Of a stretch of 64,000 bases of DNA, positions 1 to 9,172 are shown one piece after another. The stretch lies in the NCBI GenBank assembly GCA_963708725.1, contig CAVPTL010000008.1, positions 733,697 through 797,696 of the forward strand, in the 5' to 3' direction. How positions within the stretch are numbered: position 1 is the first letter of the stretch; every line of letters starts with the position of its first letter. A program made the translations under genes and the position numbers. The notes under the pieces were generated by a model. The model was not told the DNA's origin. It saw only the letters and a list, made by a program, of their open reading frames with translations, and did not search any database. This DNA comes from an uncultured Actinomycetes bacterium. Its GTDB lineage: Bacteria; Actinomycetota; Thermoleophilia; Gaiellales; JAICJC01.

Positions 1-490
1 GCGCGTGATGGGGACGGTGCACCGGAAGCCCGAGGTCTTCAGCGATGGCCGAGAGCGCGCGCAGCTGTGGATCTGGGTGCTGCTGTTCGACCTCCCACAG
101 CCGATACAGCTGGGCGGTGTCGATCAGCGTGCGCGGTAGCCGAACGCCGAGCCCGCGCAGGGGCTTTGACAGGAACCCACGCTCGACCCACTCGGCATGC
201 GCGACCACCTCGGCACCGGTGAGAACCTCGGCCAGCGGCGCGAGCGCCTCGGGCGCCGCGGGTGCATCGCGCAAGTCCTGCTCTCGGATGCCGTGAATCA
301 GTATCGATTGCGCCGGCAGCTCGCGCTGCGGGTTGACCAGCCCGTACACCGACGCCCCCGCCACGATCCGGCCCCGCTCGATCGGTATCGCGCCGAACGA
401 GATCACGCGATCGGTACGGGGGTCGAGTCCCGTGGTCTCGATATCGACCGCAACCAGCCGTGCCTCACGCCACGATCCACGGCGTGTCAT
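1..490 (-). CDS. DEDDh 3'-5' exonuclease (DNA polymerase III epsilon-like); 3' end cut by the window edge
   Basis: Manual minus-strand translation from ATG 490..488 gives MTRRGSWREARLVAVDIETTGLDPRTDRVISFGAIPIE..., which contains the DIETTG Exo I motif. The ATG overlaps the upstream gene's stop (487-489) as ATGA. It is absent from the ORF track because no stop lies inside the window. Confidence 0.75.
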   Translation of the reverse strand, partial: MTRRGSWREARLVAVDIETTGLDPRTDRVISFGAIPIERGRIVAGASVYGLVNPQRELPAQSILIHGIREQDLRDAPAAPEALAPLAEVLTGAEVVAHAEWVERGFLSKPLRGLGVRLPRTLIDTAQLYRLWEVEQQHPDPQLRALSAIAEDLGLPVHRPHHA

Positions 491-2340
491 CGGTCGAGCG
501 CCAGCAGCGACTCGACGCCCCGCTGGATCCGGGCGACCGCGCGGAACGCCTCCTTGAGGTATGTCCGCGTGAGCGGCGAGAGCGCGCTGGGGGCGATGTG
601 GTCATCCAGCGGTTCTCCGGCGTCGAGCTGGGCGATCTGGTGTTCCATGCGGAGGTCGGCAAACAGCGTGAATGCGTCGCGCAGCACGGCAACATCTCTG
701 GCCGGCAGCGTTCCGGCCGCCTCGGCGGCATCGAGCCGAGCAGCGGTCGAGGCTGAGGCCACGCCGGCTTCCATTGCAGCCGCGCGCGCCAGATCGGTGA
801 TCGGGAGCAGGCCGCCGGTCTTGATGTCGAGCTGGCCCCGGTGTCGGCCATCATGCTCCACCACCAACCCCCTCACGAATCCCAGCGGGGGTCGGTTTGC
901 CAGCGCGAGCTGGCGCAGCAGCCGCAGCATCTGCGGGTGCCGACGGGCGTGAGTGAAGGTCGCGTTCAGGCGCGGCTCGGCCAGCTGCCCGTTCCACACT
1001 CCGCGGGCGTCGACGATCACGCTCAGCAGGATCACCGCCTTGGGCTGGCCCGGATTCTCGAGCCACGACTCGACGTCCTGATTCCATCGCGAGATCGACC
1101 GTCGAAACAGTCGGTTGGAAGCAGTCGCGCCCTTCCCGCACTCTGCGGTGCCTGCGGATACCTGGCCACTGGTCACGAGCGCGGCCAGCTGGGCGAGCCA
1201 GGCGTCTGCGGCTGGGTCGGCCTCATCCCCATCCCACGCGATCGCGGTATCGGCATCCGAGCCCGGGAACGCTTCGCCACGGGCGTAGCTTCCAAGTGCG
1301 AACCAGGTGTAGGGAACCGGGGGTGGGCCCAGCGCAGTCTCGGTCAGCTCGATCAGTCGTCGCGTGAGCGCGTCGTTGACCGTGGCCATCACCCGGCCAA
1401 TCGCGCTTGCCGTGGCGCCGGCCTTGTGCAGATCGGCGACCACCGGGCGGAGTCGGCGACCGGTCTCGATCAGCTGCTCGCGAGTGTCGGCGTTACGAAT
1501 CGCTGAGCGCAGGTGAAATGGCCAGCGGGCCTCGACTGCCATCAGGTCGGTGTCGGCCACGACTCCCACCAGGTTTCGCTTGGCATCCAACACCGGGAAG
1601 TGGCGAACTCCCCGGTCAAGCATCTCGAGCAGGACGTCACCCGCCGTGCGGTCGGCCGAAACGGTGCGGGCCGGCGCGGTCATGATTTCGCGCAGCTCCG
1701 TTTCGGGGCCGGCACCTGCCGCCACGACCCGGGTTCGAAGGTCACGGTCGGTCACGATCCCAAGCGAGTCGCCGAGATCGACCAGCACCGACGAGGAGCC
1801 CGCCGCGGCCATCTCGGTGGCCGCCCGCTGGACGGTGGTGGACGGTTCGCAGACGACCGCGGAGTGCGGTACGAGATCTCGCACGAGTCGCTGCCCGGGG
1901 TCGACCCGATCCGGGCTGCCGGTTCGGGAGTCACGCAGTTCGTAGCTGCCGCCGGCGGAGTGGACGAGGTATCGAAGCGCCGCCGGGCGGGCGAGCACCG
2001 GGCGGATGATTGCGCCCGGGAGCCTGTAGCAGAGCGTGTCTTCGACCGTGCGTACGGCCACGCCGAGCAGCTCGCCGGTGAGCAGCGTGTTGTGCCCGAA
2101 CATCTCGCCTTCGCCGAGCTGGTCGACCACGCGGTTATGGTCGACGAGTTCCACCAGCCCGCGGCGAACGATCCACACGTGCTCCGGGGGCTCGGCTGCC
2201 TGAAGCAGAATCGTGGTGCCGGCGGCATGAAACTCGATTTCGCAGGCGGCGGCCACGCGCTCGACCTCCTCGGGCTCCAGCGTGTCAAACGGTGGCGTCT
2301 TTGCGAGGAACTCGGCAATGTCGTGCATGTTTCGGATCAT
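487..2340 (-). CDS. cNMP-binding / tandem CBS / DUF294-type putative nucleotidyltransferase protein
   Basis: 617-aa ORF. The N-terminus has a cyclic-nucleotide-binding pattern (GEGEMFGHNTLL), the middle has CBS-pair-like segments, and the C-terminus has a nucleotidyltransferase-like part (GSYARGEAFPGSDAD). Confidence 0.8.
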   Translation of the reverse strand: MIRNMHDIAEFLAKTPPFDTLEPEEVERVAAACEIEFHAAGTTILLQAAEPPEHVWIVRRGLVELVDHNRVVDQLGEGEMFGHNTLLTGELLGVAVRTVEDTLCYRLPGAIIRPVLARPAALRYLVHSAGGSYELRDSRTGSPDRVDPGQRLVRDLVPHSAVVCEPSTTVQRAATEMAAAGSSSVLVDLGDSLGIVTDRDLRTRVVAAGAGPETELREIMTAPARTVSADRTAGDVLLEMLDRGVRHFPVLDAKRNLVGVVADTDLMAVEARWPFHLRSAIRNADTREQLIETGRRLRPVVADLHKAGATASAIGRVMATVNDALTRRLIELTETALGPPPVPYTWFALGSYARGEAFPGSDADTAIAWDGDEADPAADAWLAQLAALVTSGQVSAGTAECGKGATASNRLFRRSISRWNQDVESWLENPGQPKAVILLSVIVDARGVWNGQLAEPRLNATFTHARRHPQMLRLLRQLALANRPPLGFVRGLVVEHDGRHRGQLDIKTGGLLPITDLARAAAMEAGVASASTAARLDAAEAAGTLPARDVAVLRDAFTLFADLRMEHQIAQLDAGEPLDDHIAPSALSPLTRTYLKEAFRAVARIQRGVESLLALDR

Positions 2341-2354
2341 CCCACGCCTGCGGT

Positions 2355-2383
2355 TTGACGGCGAAGGAAGTGACTGCTAACTT
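2355..2383 (+). promoter_or_regulatory. Candidate sigma-70-type promoter, TTGACG-N17-TAACTT, 7 nt before the TetR ATG (leaderless)
   Basis: TTGACG lies at 2355-2360 and TAACTT at 2378-2383, with a 17-nt spacer. The start codon is at 2391 and no SD sequence precedes it. Confidence 0.5.
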
Positions 2384-2390
2384 AAGACGC

Positions 2391-2972
2391 ATGACGATCG
2401 AGAGTGAGATCAAGCAGGACGGACGGGCGGCCAGGATGCCCGCGGCGGAGCGGCGCGAGCAGATCGTGAAGGCCGCGGCGATCGAGTTCGCGGCGCGCGG
2501 CTTGCATGGCACCGCCACCGAGGACATCGCGAATCGAAGCGGGATCACCCAGCCGTATGTGTTTCGTCTGTTCGGCACCAAGAAGGCGCTCTTTCTCGCG
2601 GTCGTCGAGTATCACTTCGATGAGGTTCAGCGGCTGTTCCAGGCCGCCGTCGATTCGGTGCCGGACGCGAGTACCGAGCTGCGTCTCCGGGCGATGGGCG
2701 AGGCCTACGCGCTGCTACTGCGCGATCGCACGATGTTGCTGATGCAGATGCAGTGCTACGCGGCCTGCGGCGACGACGAGGTGCGCGCTGTGGTGCAGCG
2801 GCGGTATGGAGCGTTGTATCGCTGGGTGGAGGAGGTGACCGGTGCCGATGACCTGGAGATGCACCAGTTCTTCTCGACCGGGATGCTCATGAATGTTGCG
2901 GCGGCGGTGGATCTGGTCAGTGTCGCCGAGCCGTGGGTCGCCAACTGTCTCGCGGTTCCGAACCGGGCCTGA
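2391..2972 (+). CDS. TetR-family transcriptional regulator
   Basis: This is the in-frame ATG of ORF 2292..2972. The N-terminal HTH reads RREQIVKAAAIEFAARGLHGTATEDIANRSGITQPYVFRLFGTKKALF. Confidence 0.85.
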   Translation: MTIESEIKQDGRAARMPAAERREQIVKAAAIEFAARGLHGTATEDIANRSGITQPYVFRLFGTKKALFLAVVEYHFDEVQRLFQAAVDSVPDASTELRLRAMGEAYALLLRDRTMLLMQMQCYAACGDDEVRAVVQRRYGALYRWVEEVTGADDLEMHQFFSTGMLMNVAAAVDLVSVAEPWVANCLAVPNRA

Positions 2973-3034
2973 GGGTTCGAGTTTTTTTGATCCATGAAGT
3001 TAGTAACCACTTACAATCTTGGAGAGGGAAGGTA

Positions 3035-4447
3035 ATGACGCAAAGAACACAGGCAATCTGGACATTCGCGATCGTCTCGATCGCGCTGTTCATGACCACG
3101 CTCGACAATCTGGTCGTGACAACCGCACTGCCGACGATCCAGCGGGATCTGAACGCGTCGGTGTCCGAGCTCGAGTGGACGGTCAACGCATACACGCTGA
3201 CGTTCGCGGTGCTGCTGATGATGGGTGCAGCGCTGGGTGATCGGTTCGGTCGTAAGAAGCTCTTCCTGATCGGCCTCGTGATCTTCACCGGGGGCTCGGC
3301 GGCGGCGGCACTGGCGCCATCCATCAACGCGTTGATCGCGGCCCGCGCGATCCAGGGGGCCGGCGGGGCGATCGTCACTCCGCTCACCTTGACGCTCCTG
3401 TCGGCGGCGGTTCCGGCCGAAAAGCGTGGCGTCGCGCTGGGCGCGTGGGGTGGTATCTCCGGTCTCGGAGTCGCGCTTGGTCCGGTGATCGGCGGAGCCA
3501 TCGTGCAAGGCATCTCGTGGCAGTGGATCTTCTGGCTGAACGTGCCCATCGGCTTGATCGCTCTGCCGCTCGGGGCGCGCTTCCTGCGCGAGAGCTACGG
3601 GCCTGCCAAGTCACTCGATCTTGGTGGAGTCGCTCTTCTCACCGCGGGCATGTTCGGGATCGTGTTCGGTCTGGTACGCGGTAACAGCGTCGGCTGGTCG
3701 AGCCCGCAGATCATCGCATCGCTTGCGATCGGAGTGATCCTGACCGCGTTGTTCGTGGCCTGGGAGCTGCGCGCACGCGAGCCAATGCTGCCGATGGGCT
3801 TCTTCAAGAGCCGGGCCTTCAGCGCCGCGAACGCTTCGTCTCTGATGATGTTCTTCGGGATGTTCGGGTCGATCTTCCTGCTGACCCAGTACCTTCAGAA
3901 CGTCCAGGGCTACTCGGCCCTGAGCGCCGGCCTCCACATCCTGCCGTGGACGGGTATGCCGATGATCGTCGCGCCGATCGCCGGTGCGATGTCTGACCGC
4001 ATCGGCGGGCGGCCGTTGATCGCGACCGGGCTTGCGCTCCAGGCAATTGCCCTGGCGTGGCTGGCCGCGGTGCTGTCACCGACCGTGGCCTACAGCGCGA
4101 TCGTGATTCCGTTCATGCTGGCCGGCGTCGGGATGGCGCTCTTCTTCGCGCCGATGGCGGCGGTCGTGCTCGGCTCGGTCGGGCGCAGTCACGCCGGCCA
4201 GGCGTCGGGTGCCAACAATGCGATCCGCGAGCTCGGCGGCGTGTTCGGAGTTGCGGTGCTGGCCGCCATCTTCACGCACGCGGGTGGCTACGGCTCGGCG
4301 CAGAGCTTCACCGACGGAATCACCCCGGCCCTGTGGACGGGTGCCGCGGTGGTCGGCCTGGGAGCCGTCGCCGGTGCACTCATCCCCGGACGTCGCGGAA
4401 CCATCGGCGTCCAGGAGGCGAACTCGATCGCAGCCGAAGCCGCCTGA
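3035..4447 (+). CDS. MFS drug/H+ antiporter (DHA2/EmrB-like)
   Basis: In-frame ATG with a GGAGAGGGAAGG RBS. Motifs include LDNLVVTTALPTIQRDL and DRFGRKK (motif A), and there are many TM segments. Confidence 0.85.
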   Translation: MTQRTQAIWTFAIVSIALFMTTLDNLVVTTALPTIQRDLNASVSELEWTVNAYTLTFAVLLMMGAALGDRFGRKKLFLIGLVIFTGGSAAAALAPSINALIAARAIQGAGGAIVTPLTLTLLSAAVPAEKRGVALGAWGGISGLGVALGPVIGGAIVQGISWQWIFWLNVPIGLIALPLGARFLRESYGPAKSLDLGGVALLTAGMFGIVFGLVRGNSVGWSSPQIIASLAIGVILTALFVAWELRAREPMLPMGFFKSRAFSAANASSLMMFFGMFGSIFLLTQYLQNVQGYSALSAGLHILPWTGMPMIVAPIAGAMSDRIGGRPLIATGLALQAIALAWLAAVLSPTVAYSAIVIPFMLAGVGMALFFAPMAAVVLGSVGRSHAGQASGANNAIRELGGVFGVAVLAAIFTHAGGYGSAQSFTDGITPALWTGAAVVGLGAVAGALIPGRRGTIGVQEANSIAAEAA

Positions 4448-4463
4448 TCCGATCGGAAACTGG

Positions 4464-4496
4464 GTGAATAAATGGTGCCTGGCACCATTTATTCAC
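4464..4496. repeat. Palindromic intergenic repeat copy 1 (33 nt, perfect, centre T); putative bidirectional terminator
   Basis: Sequence gtgaataaatggtgccTggcaccatttattcac, between the MFS stop (4447) and the ftsH start. Confidence 0.85.
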
Positions 4497-4522
4497 CCGG
4501 TGGTTTGCCCGTCACGGAGCCG

Positions 4523-6505
4523 ATGAACCCGGGCCACTACACTTCGGCGATGGCGGATTCCAATCCTCGTGCCGCCCGGAGCTCGGGCCCCGATCCAAAG
4601 CCGCCGTCGCGCTGGCGAGTCGAAGGAGCATCCAAGGCCGCCGGTGGCGGCGGGCGCCGGTGGTTGCCGTTCGGCATCCTGATGGCCGTGCTGCTCGGCG
4701 TCAACTGGATCATCTCGTCGCACTTCAACGCCCCGCCGCCGCGACCGACCGTCTCCTACACCTTCTTCATCGAGCAGGTCAAGAAGGCGAACGTCTCTGA
4801 GATCAACACCACCGGGCTCACGGTGCAGGGCTCGTTCATCGGCTCCACGGCGCTTCCCAAGGGCACTTCAGACAGCCCGTCGACCCGCTTCCAGACCGAG
4901 ATCCCGACGTTTGTCGATAACGATGCGCTGAACGCGCTGCTCGACAAGGAGCACGTGATCATCAACGCCCACAGCGCCGACTCGGCGCCGCCGTTCTGGG
5001 AGCAGCTGCTGCTCGGATTTGGCCCCACGATCCTGCTTGTCGGTCTGTTCATCCTGATCTTCCGGCGGGCGAGTGCGGGGTCCGCCCTTGGTTCCTTTGG
5101 CCGATCGCGGGCCAAGCGCTACCAGGAAGGCGAGAAGCGGGTCACGTTTGCCGATGTCGCCGGTATCGACGAGGCCGAGGAAGAGCTGGCCGAGGTCGTC
5201 GACTTTCTCAAGACGCCGCAGAAGTACACCGCCCTGGGTGCCCGCGTCCCCAAGGGCGTGCTGCTCTCCGGGCCGCCGGGGACGGGCAAGACGCTGCTCG
5301 CCCGCGCGGTCGCCGGCGAGGCGGGCGTTCCGTTCTTCTCGATCTCGGCGTCGGAGTTCATCGAGGCGATCGTGGGTGTCGGTGCCAGCCGCGTGCGAGA
5401 CCTGTTCGTGCAGGCCAAGGAGACGGCGCCCGCCATCGTCTTCATCGACGAGCTCGATGCGATCGGACGCTCGCGCGGTGGGGGCGCATCGATTGGCGGC
5501 CACGATGAGCGCGAGCAGACGCTCAACCAGATCCTTACCGAGATGGACGGGTTTACGGGCACCGAGGGCGTGATCGTGATCGCTTCGACCAACCGGCCCG
5601 AGGTGCTCGACTCGGCGCTGCTGCGGCCCGGCCGCTTCGATCGCCGCGTCTCGGTCAGCCCGCCCGATCAGCTCGGCCGCGAGCAGATCCTTCAAGTGCA
5701 TACGCGCGGCGTTCCGGTCTCGCCAGACGTCGACCTCGGCGCCCTGGCGTCGAGCACCCCGGGGATGGTCGGAGCCGACCTTCAAAACCTCGTCAACGAG
5801 GCCGCGCTGACCGCTGCACGCCGGGGTCACAAGGCCGTCCAGACTGCTGATTTCACCGACTCGCTCGAGCGGATCGTGCTGGGTGCCGAACGCCGGATCA
5901 TGATCTCGCCCGAGGATCGCGAGCGCACCGCCTATCACGAGTCCGGCCACGCGCTGGTTGGAATGGTGATCCCCGGTGGCGATCCGGTGCGCAAGATCTC
6001 GATCATCCCGCGTGGGCGCGCGCTGGGCGTCACCTTCCAGAGCCCCGATGCCGATCGCTACGGATACACCGACGAGTTTCTTCGCGGCCGGTTAGCCGGC
6101 ATGCTCGGCGGCCGCGCCGCCGAAGAGGTCATCTACGGCGATCTGACGACGGGCGCCGAGTCAGACCTCGAGCAGGCGACCCGGATCGCTCGCCAGATGG
6201 TGGGCCGCTGGGGCATGTCCGAGCAGATCGGACTGGTGTCGGTGCTTCCTGGGCCCAACGATGAGCCGACGCTCTTCCCCGGTGGCAACGACGGTGTCTC
6301 TGAGCGGACTCGACAGATGGTCGACGACGAGGCCCGCCGCATCATCGAGGAGGCACACCGCACCGCGCTCGAAACCCTGGCCGCCCATCGCGACCAGCTC
6401 GAGGCCCTCGCGCGCGCTCTGCTCGAGCGCGAGACACTCGACGAGCTCGACGCCTACCGGATCGCCGGTATCCAGCGTGACCCGGTGCCCGAGCCGAGCC
6501 TTTGA
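4523..6505 (+). CDS. ftsH: ATP-dependent zinc metalloprotease FtsH
   Basis: Walker A GPPGTGKT, the AAA second region of homology, and the zinc motif HESGHAL. The start is placed at the in-frame ATG after ACGGAG, downstream of the palindrome; the ORF-track start at 4472 lies inside the palindrome. Confidence 0.93.
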   Translation: MNPGHYTSAMADSNPRAARSSGPDPKPPSRWRVEGASKAAGGGGRRWLPFGILMAVLLGVNWIISSHFNAPPPRPTVSYTFFIEQVKKANVSEINTTGLTVQGSFIGSTALPKGTSDSPSTRFQTEIPTFVDNDALNALLDKEHVIINAHSADSAPPFWEQLLLGFGPTILLVGLFILIFRRASAGSALGSFGRSRAKRYQEGEKRVTFADVAGIDEAEEELAEVVDFLKTPQKYTALGARVPKGVLLSGPPGTGKTLLARAVAGEAGVPFFSISASEFIEAIVGVGASRVRDLFVQAKETAPAIVFIDELDAIGRSRGGGASIGGHDEREQTLNQILTEMDGFTGTEGVIVIASTNRPEVLDSALLRPGRFDRRVSVSPPDQLGREQILQVHTRGVPVSPDVDLGALASSTPGMVGADLQNLVNEAALTAARRGHKAVQTADFTDSLERIVLGAERRIMISPEDRERTAYHESGHALVGMVIPGGDPVRKISIIPRGRALGVTFQSPDADRYGYTDEFLRGRLAGMLGGRAAEEVIYGDLTTGAESDLEQATRIARQMVGRWGMSEQIGLVSVLPGPNDEPTLFPGGNDGVSERTRQMVDDEARRIIEEAHRTALETLAAHRDQLEALARALLERETLDELDAYRIAGIQRDPVPEPSL

Positions 6506-6506
6506 G

Positions 6507-7277
6507 ATGGCGCGCACAGCGATCCCCGGGTTGGTGGTCGCGACGGACACGGCGGTCCCCGGCGGCCTGATCCGCGGGCAGGTGTCGGGAGGGCCGGAGG
6601 AGCTGCGCTTGATCCGGTTCGAGGGATCCCCGGCGGGAACGGCTCCGGTGGTTCTGGCCCGGGCGGCTCCTGACGCGGATGGCGGGTTCGAGTTGACGCT
6701 GCCCGAGAACTCGGCGCCGACGTTCAAGAGCACTCGCTGCTCGATTGCCTACGGGGTACGAGCGGGCTCCAAGCGCCGCACGCGCACCGATCCGGTGGTG
6801 CCGGTGGTGGTGGTGTCACCGCTCGAGCACGTGTCTCTGACCGAAAGCGGCCCGCTCCACGACCGCATGATCGCGCGGTTTGACGCGCGCCACTTTCACC
6901 TCGAGCTGTCGCATGCCGACGTTCAGGGTGGTGGCCGCATCAGCGGGCGGGTGCATCTCGACCGCGGCGATCCGCCGCCCGTGGTCACCGTGACCTCGCG
7001 GTGCGAAGAGGTCTGGAGGATCGATCGGATGTCGCTCAACATGAAGCGGCCGCCACTCTGGAACTACGAGGGGCTGTGGCAGGAGCGGCGGGAACTCGAA
7101 TGGCCGCTTGGGCAGCGCTGGTTGGGATTCGACTTCGCGCTGCCCGCGCACCTCCCACCGGCCGTCGAAGCCAGCTCGATCGCTTGGCGCTATGAGGTGG
7201 AGGTGTCGCGACCGACTCGCTTCGCGATGCAGGAGCGCGCTGTCGCCACGCCAATCGGCTTTGAAGTCGTCCTGTGA
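6507..7277 (+). CDS. Hypothetical two-domain beta-rich protein, possibly arrestin/Spo0M-like
   Basis: In-frame ATG one nt after the ftsH stop (TGAgATG). Two similar halves are visible (G.I.G.V...LP...P..F/.Y.V patterns). The family assignment is pattern-based only. Confidence 0.5.
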   Translation: MARTAIPGLVVATDTAVPGGLIRGQVSGGPEELRLIRFEGSPAGTAPVVLARAAPDADGGFELTLPENSAPTFKSTRCSIAYGVRAGSKRRTRTDPVVPVVVVSPLEHVSLTESGPLHDRMIARFDARHFHLELSHADVQGGGRISGRVHLDRGDPPPVVTVTSRCEEVWRIDRMSLNMKRPPLWNYEGLWQERRELEWPLGQRWLGFDFALPAHLPPAVEASSIAWRYEVEVSRPTRFAMQERAVATPIGFEVVL

Positions 7278-7304
7278 ATAACGGTGCCTGGCACCGTTAT
7301 TCAC
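7274..7304. repeat. Palindromic intergenic repeat copy 2 (31 nt, perfect, centre T; dyad extends to 7271-7307)
   Basis: Sequence cctGTGAATAACGGTGCCTGGCACCGTTATTCACagg. The TGA at 7275-7277 ends the plus-strand gene and the TCA at 7301-7303 ends the minus-strand gene. Confidence 0.9.
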
Positions 7305-9172
7305 AGGTGGCGGTCGAACCAGTCGCGCATTCGCGCCACCGCGTCGATCTGATGGTCACGCTCGTCCCAGCCGTGGCCCTCGCGGGGATAGATCACGAGT
7401 TCGGTGTCCACGCCCTCCGCGGCCAGCGCGTTGTAGAACTCCTGGCCCTGCGCCAGCGGCACGCACAGGTCGAGCTCACCGTGCATCACCAGGGTGGGAG
7501 TCTTCACCCGGCGCACATGCACCACCGGTGAGCGGCCGAAGTACTCACCGTCGGCGGCATAGGGATCGGCTTGGAGAAACAGCTCATCGAAGCGCGCGAT
7601 GTTCGACGTGTTGTGGAACGAGAGCCAATCGGTGACCGCCGCGATCGCCACCGCCGCGCCGAACCGGTCGGTCTGGGTCACCGCCCACGCGGCCATGAAC
7701 CCGCCGTAGCTTCCACCCATGATGCCCACCCGAGCGCCGTCGACCAGTCCGCGTTCGGCAAGGGCGTCGACGCCGCTGAGGATGTCACCGAGGTCACGGC
7801 CGCCCATGTCACCCAGGTTTGCCTCGGTGAACTCGCGGCCGCGGCCGATGCTGCCGCGCGGGTTGGGCAGAAACAGTGCGTAGCCGGCGGCGGCTTGCCA
7901 CGAGCCGAAATGACGCGGGTGGGCGGATCCGTAGGCGGCGGTTGGGCCGCCGTGCACGAGCACGATCAGCGGTGGCGGCTCGGTAACCCCTTGCGGCGTG
8001 ATCAGAAAGCCTTCGAGTTCGAGTCCGTCGCTCGCCGTCCAGGTCACCGCTGCTCGCACCGGCAGCTCGATCGCAGAGGCTGCGTTCACACGCGAAAGTG
8101 CCGTCCACGCCGATCCTGGCTGGTCGAGAGTGAGGGAGCGAAGCTCGGGCGGATGCTCCCACGACGAATGCGTCGCGACCAGCGATCGGCCGTCGGGGGA
8201 GAGCACCGCCAGCGGGAAGTTGTGGCTACCGAGATCGGCCGCACCCTGCCACAGCAGCGACACCGAACCCGCGAGGTTCACGGTCGCAACGGCGAACTCG
8301 AGGTGATGCATGCCGGTGCACACCAGCGTCTCGGGATCAACCCACCGAACCTCCGCCGCGTCGAACCCGACGCTGATCGTTTGGATGTCGCCAGAGCCGG
8401 TGACCACGGTGATGTCGCCATACAGCACACCGCGATCCGACGCCAGGGATTCGACCATCGCGATCGCGCCGGATTCGGGCTCGAGGCTGATCGACGCCGC
8501 CTGTAGCCGAGGGGTGTGGACGGTTGTCGCCTCGTCGCCGACGATGCGCACCACCCGCGCGTCGTACCACCCGTTCTCCGAGGGATCGTGTGAGACCAGG
8601 GCGGCGATGTCGCTTCCGTGCCAGTCGAACTCCCAGATGTTGAGCCCCGCCAGGGGCAGCTGTGTGGTCGCGCCGGTCGTGACGTCGATCCTCCACAGGC
8701 GGCGCCAGTGGCTTGCCGGCCGCACGATCCGCGGATCCTCCTTGACCTCGCCAACGGGGGTTGCGGACTCGGCTCCGGCCTGGTCGGCACCCACATCGGC
8801 GGCGAGTGCCAGCATGGTGGTCCCGTCGCTCGACCAACGGAGGTCTTCGACAGACCCCGCCACATCTCCGACTCGGCGGATCGAGCCGTCGGGGTCGAGC
8901 AGGTGGATCGCGCCCACCTTGGCCTGCTCACGATCCGACACGAACGCCAGTGTGCGCCCATCGGGCGACCACACAGGCAGCCGGTCGCTGCGAGGCCCGT
9001 CAGACACCCGATCGGCCCCCGAGCCGTCGGCCGCGGCGACCCAGATGCGGGCGGATCGGCCGACCTCGGGCAGGGTGTATGCCTGTTCGACGGTGAACGC
9101 CACGCGCGTGCCGTCGGGCGAGACCGCGGGTTGGCAGGGGTGTTCGAGATCGAGTAACCGGTCGAAGCTCAT
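7301..9172 (-). CDS. S9 family serine peptidase (prolyl oligopeptidase / acylaminoacyl-peptidase-like, beta-propeller plus alpha/beta hydrolase)
   Basis: Start placed at MSFDRLLDLEHP (ATG 9172..9170), an ATGA overlap with the upstream MFS stop. PDG/WSPDG propeller repeats are present, with the nucleophile motif GGSYGG. The 139 codons upstream in the ORF track are Arg/Gly-rich and implausible. Confidence 0.85.
   Translation of the reverse strand: MSFDRLLDLEHPCQPAVSPDGTRVAFTVEQAYTLPEVGRSARIWVAAADGSGADRVSDGPRSDRLPVWSPDGRTLAFVSDREQAKVGAIHLLDPDGSIRRVGDVAGSVEDLRWSSDGTTMLALAADVGADQAGAESATPVGEVKEDPRIVRPASHWRRLWRIDVTTGATTQLPLAGLNIWEFDWHGSDIAALVSHDPSENGWYDARVVRIVGDEATTVHTPRLQAASISLEPESGAIAMVESLASDRGVLYGDITVVTGSGDIQTISVGFDAAEVRWVDPETLVCTGMHHLEFAVATVNLAGSVSLLWQGAADLGSHNFPLAVLSPDGRSLVATHSSWEHPPELRSLTLDQPGSAWTALSRVNAASAIELPVRAAVTWTASDGLELEGFLITPQGVTEPPPLIVLVHGGPTAAYGSAHPRHFGSWQAAAGYALFLPNPRGSIGRGREFTEANLGDMGGRDLGDILSGVDALAERGLVDGARVGIMGGSYGGFMAAWAVTQTDRFGAAVAIAAVTDWLSFHNTSNIARFDELFLQADPYAADGEYFGRSPVVHVRRVKTPTLVMHGELDLCVPLAQGQEFYNALAAEGVDTELVIYPREGHGWDERDHQIDAVARMRDWFDRHL

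Noticed and set aside
7274-7531. Small ORFs beginning or ending with NNGAWHRYS / NNGARHRYS (also 19362..19607, 21010..21537, 21336..21554, 56441..56719)
   Set aside because: The recurring peptide is simply the translation of the palindromic repeat. The ORFs are otherwise antisense to, or overlap, real genes.
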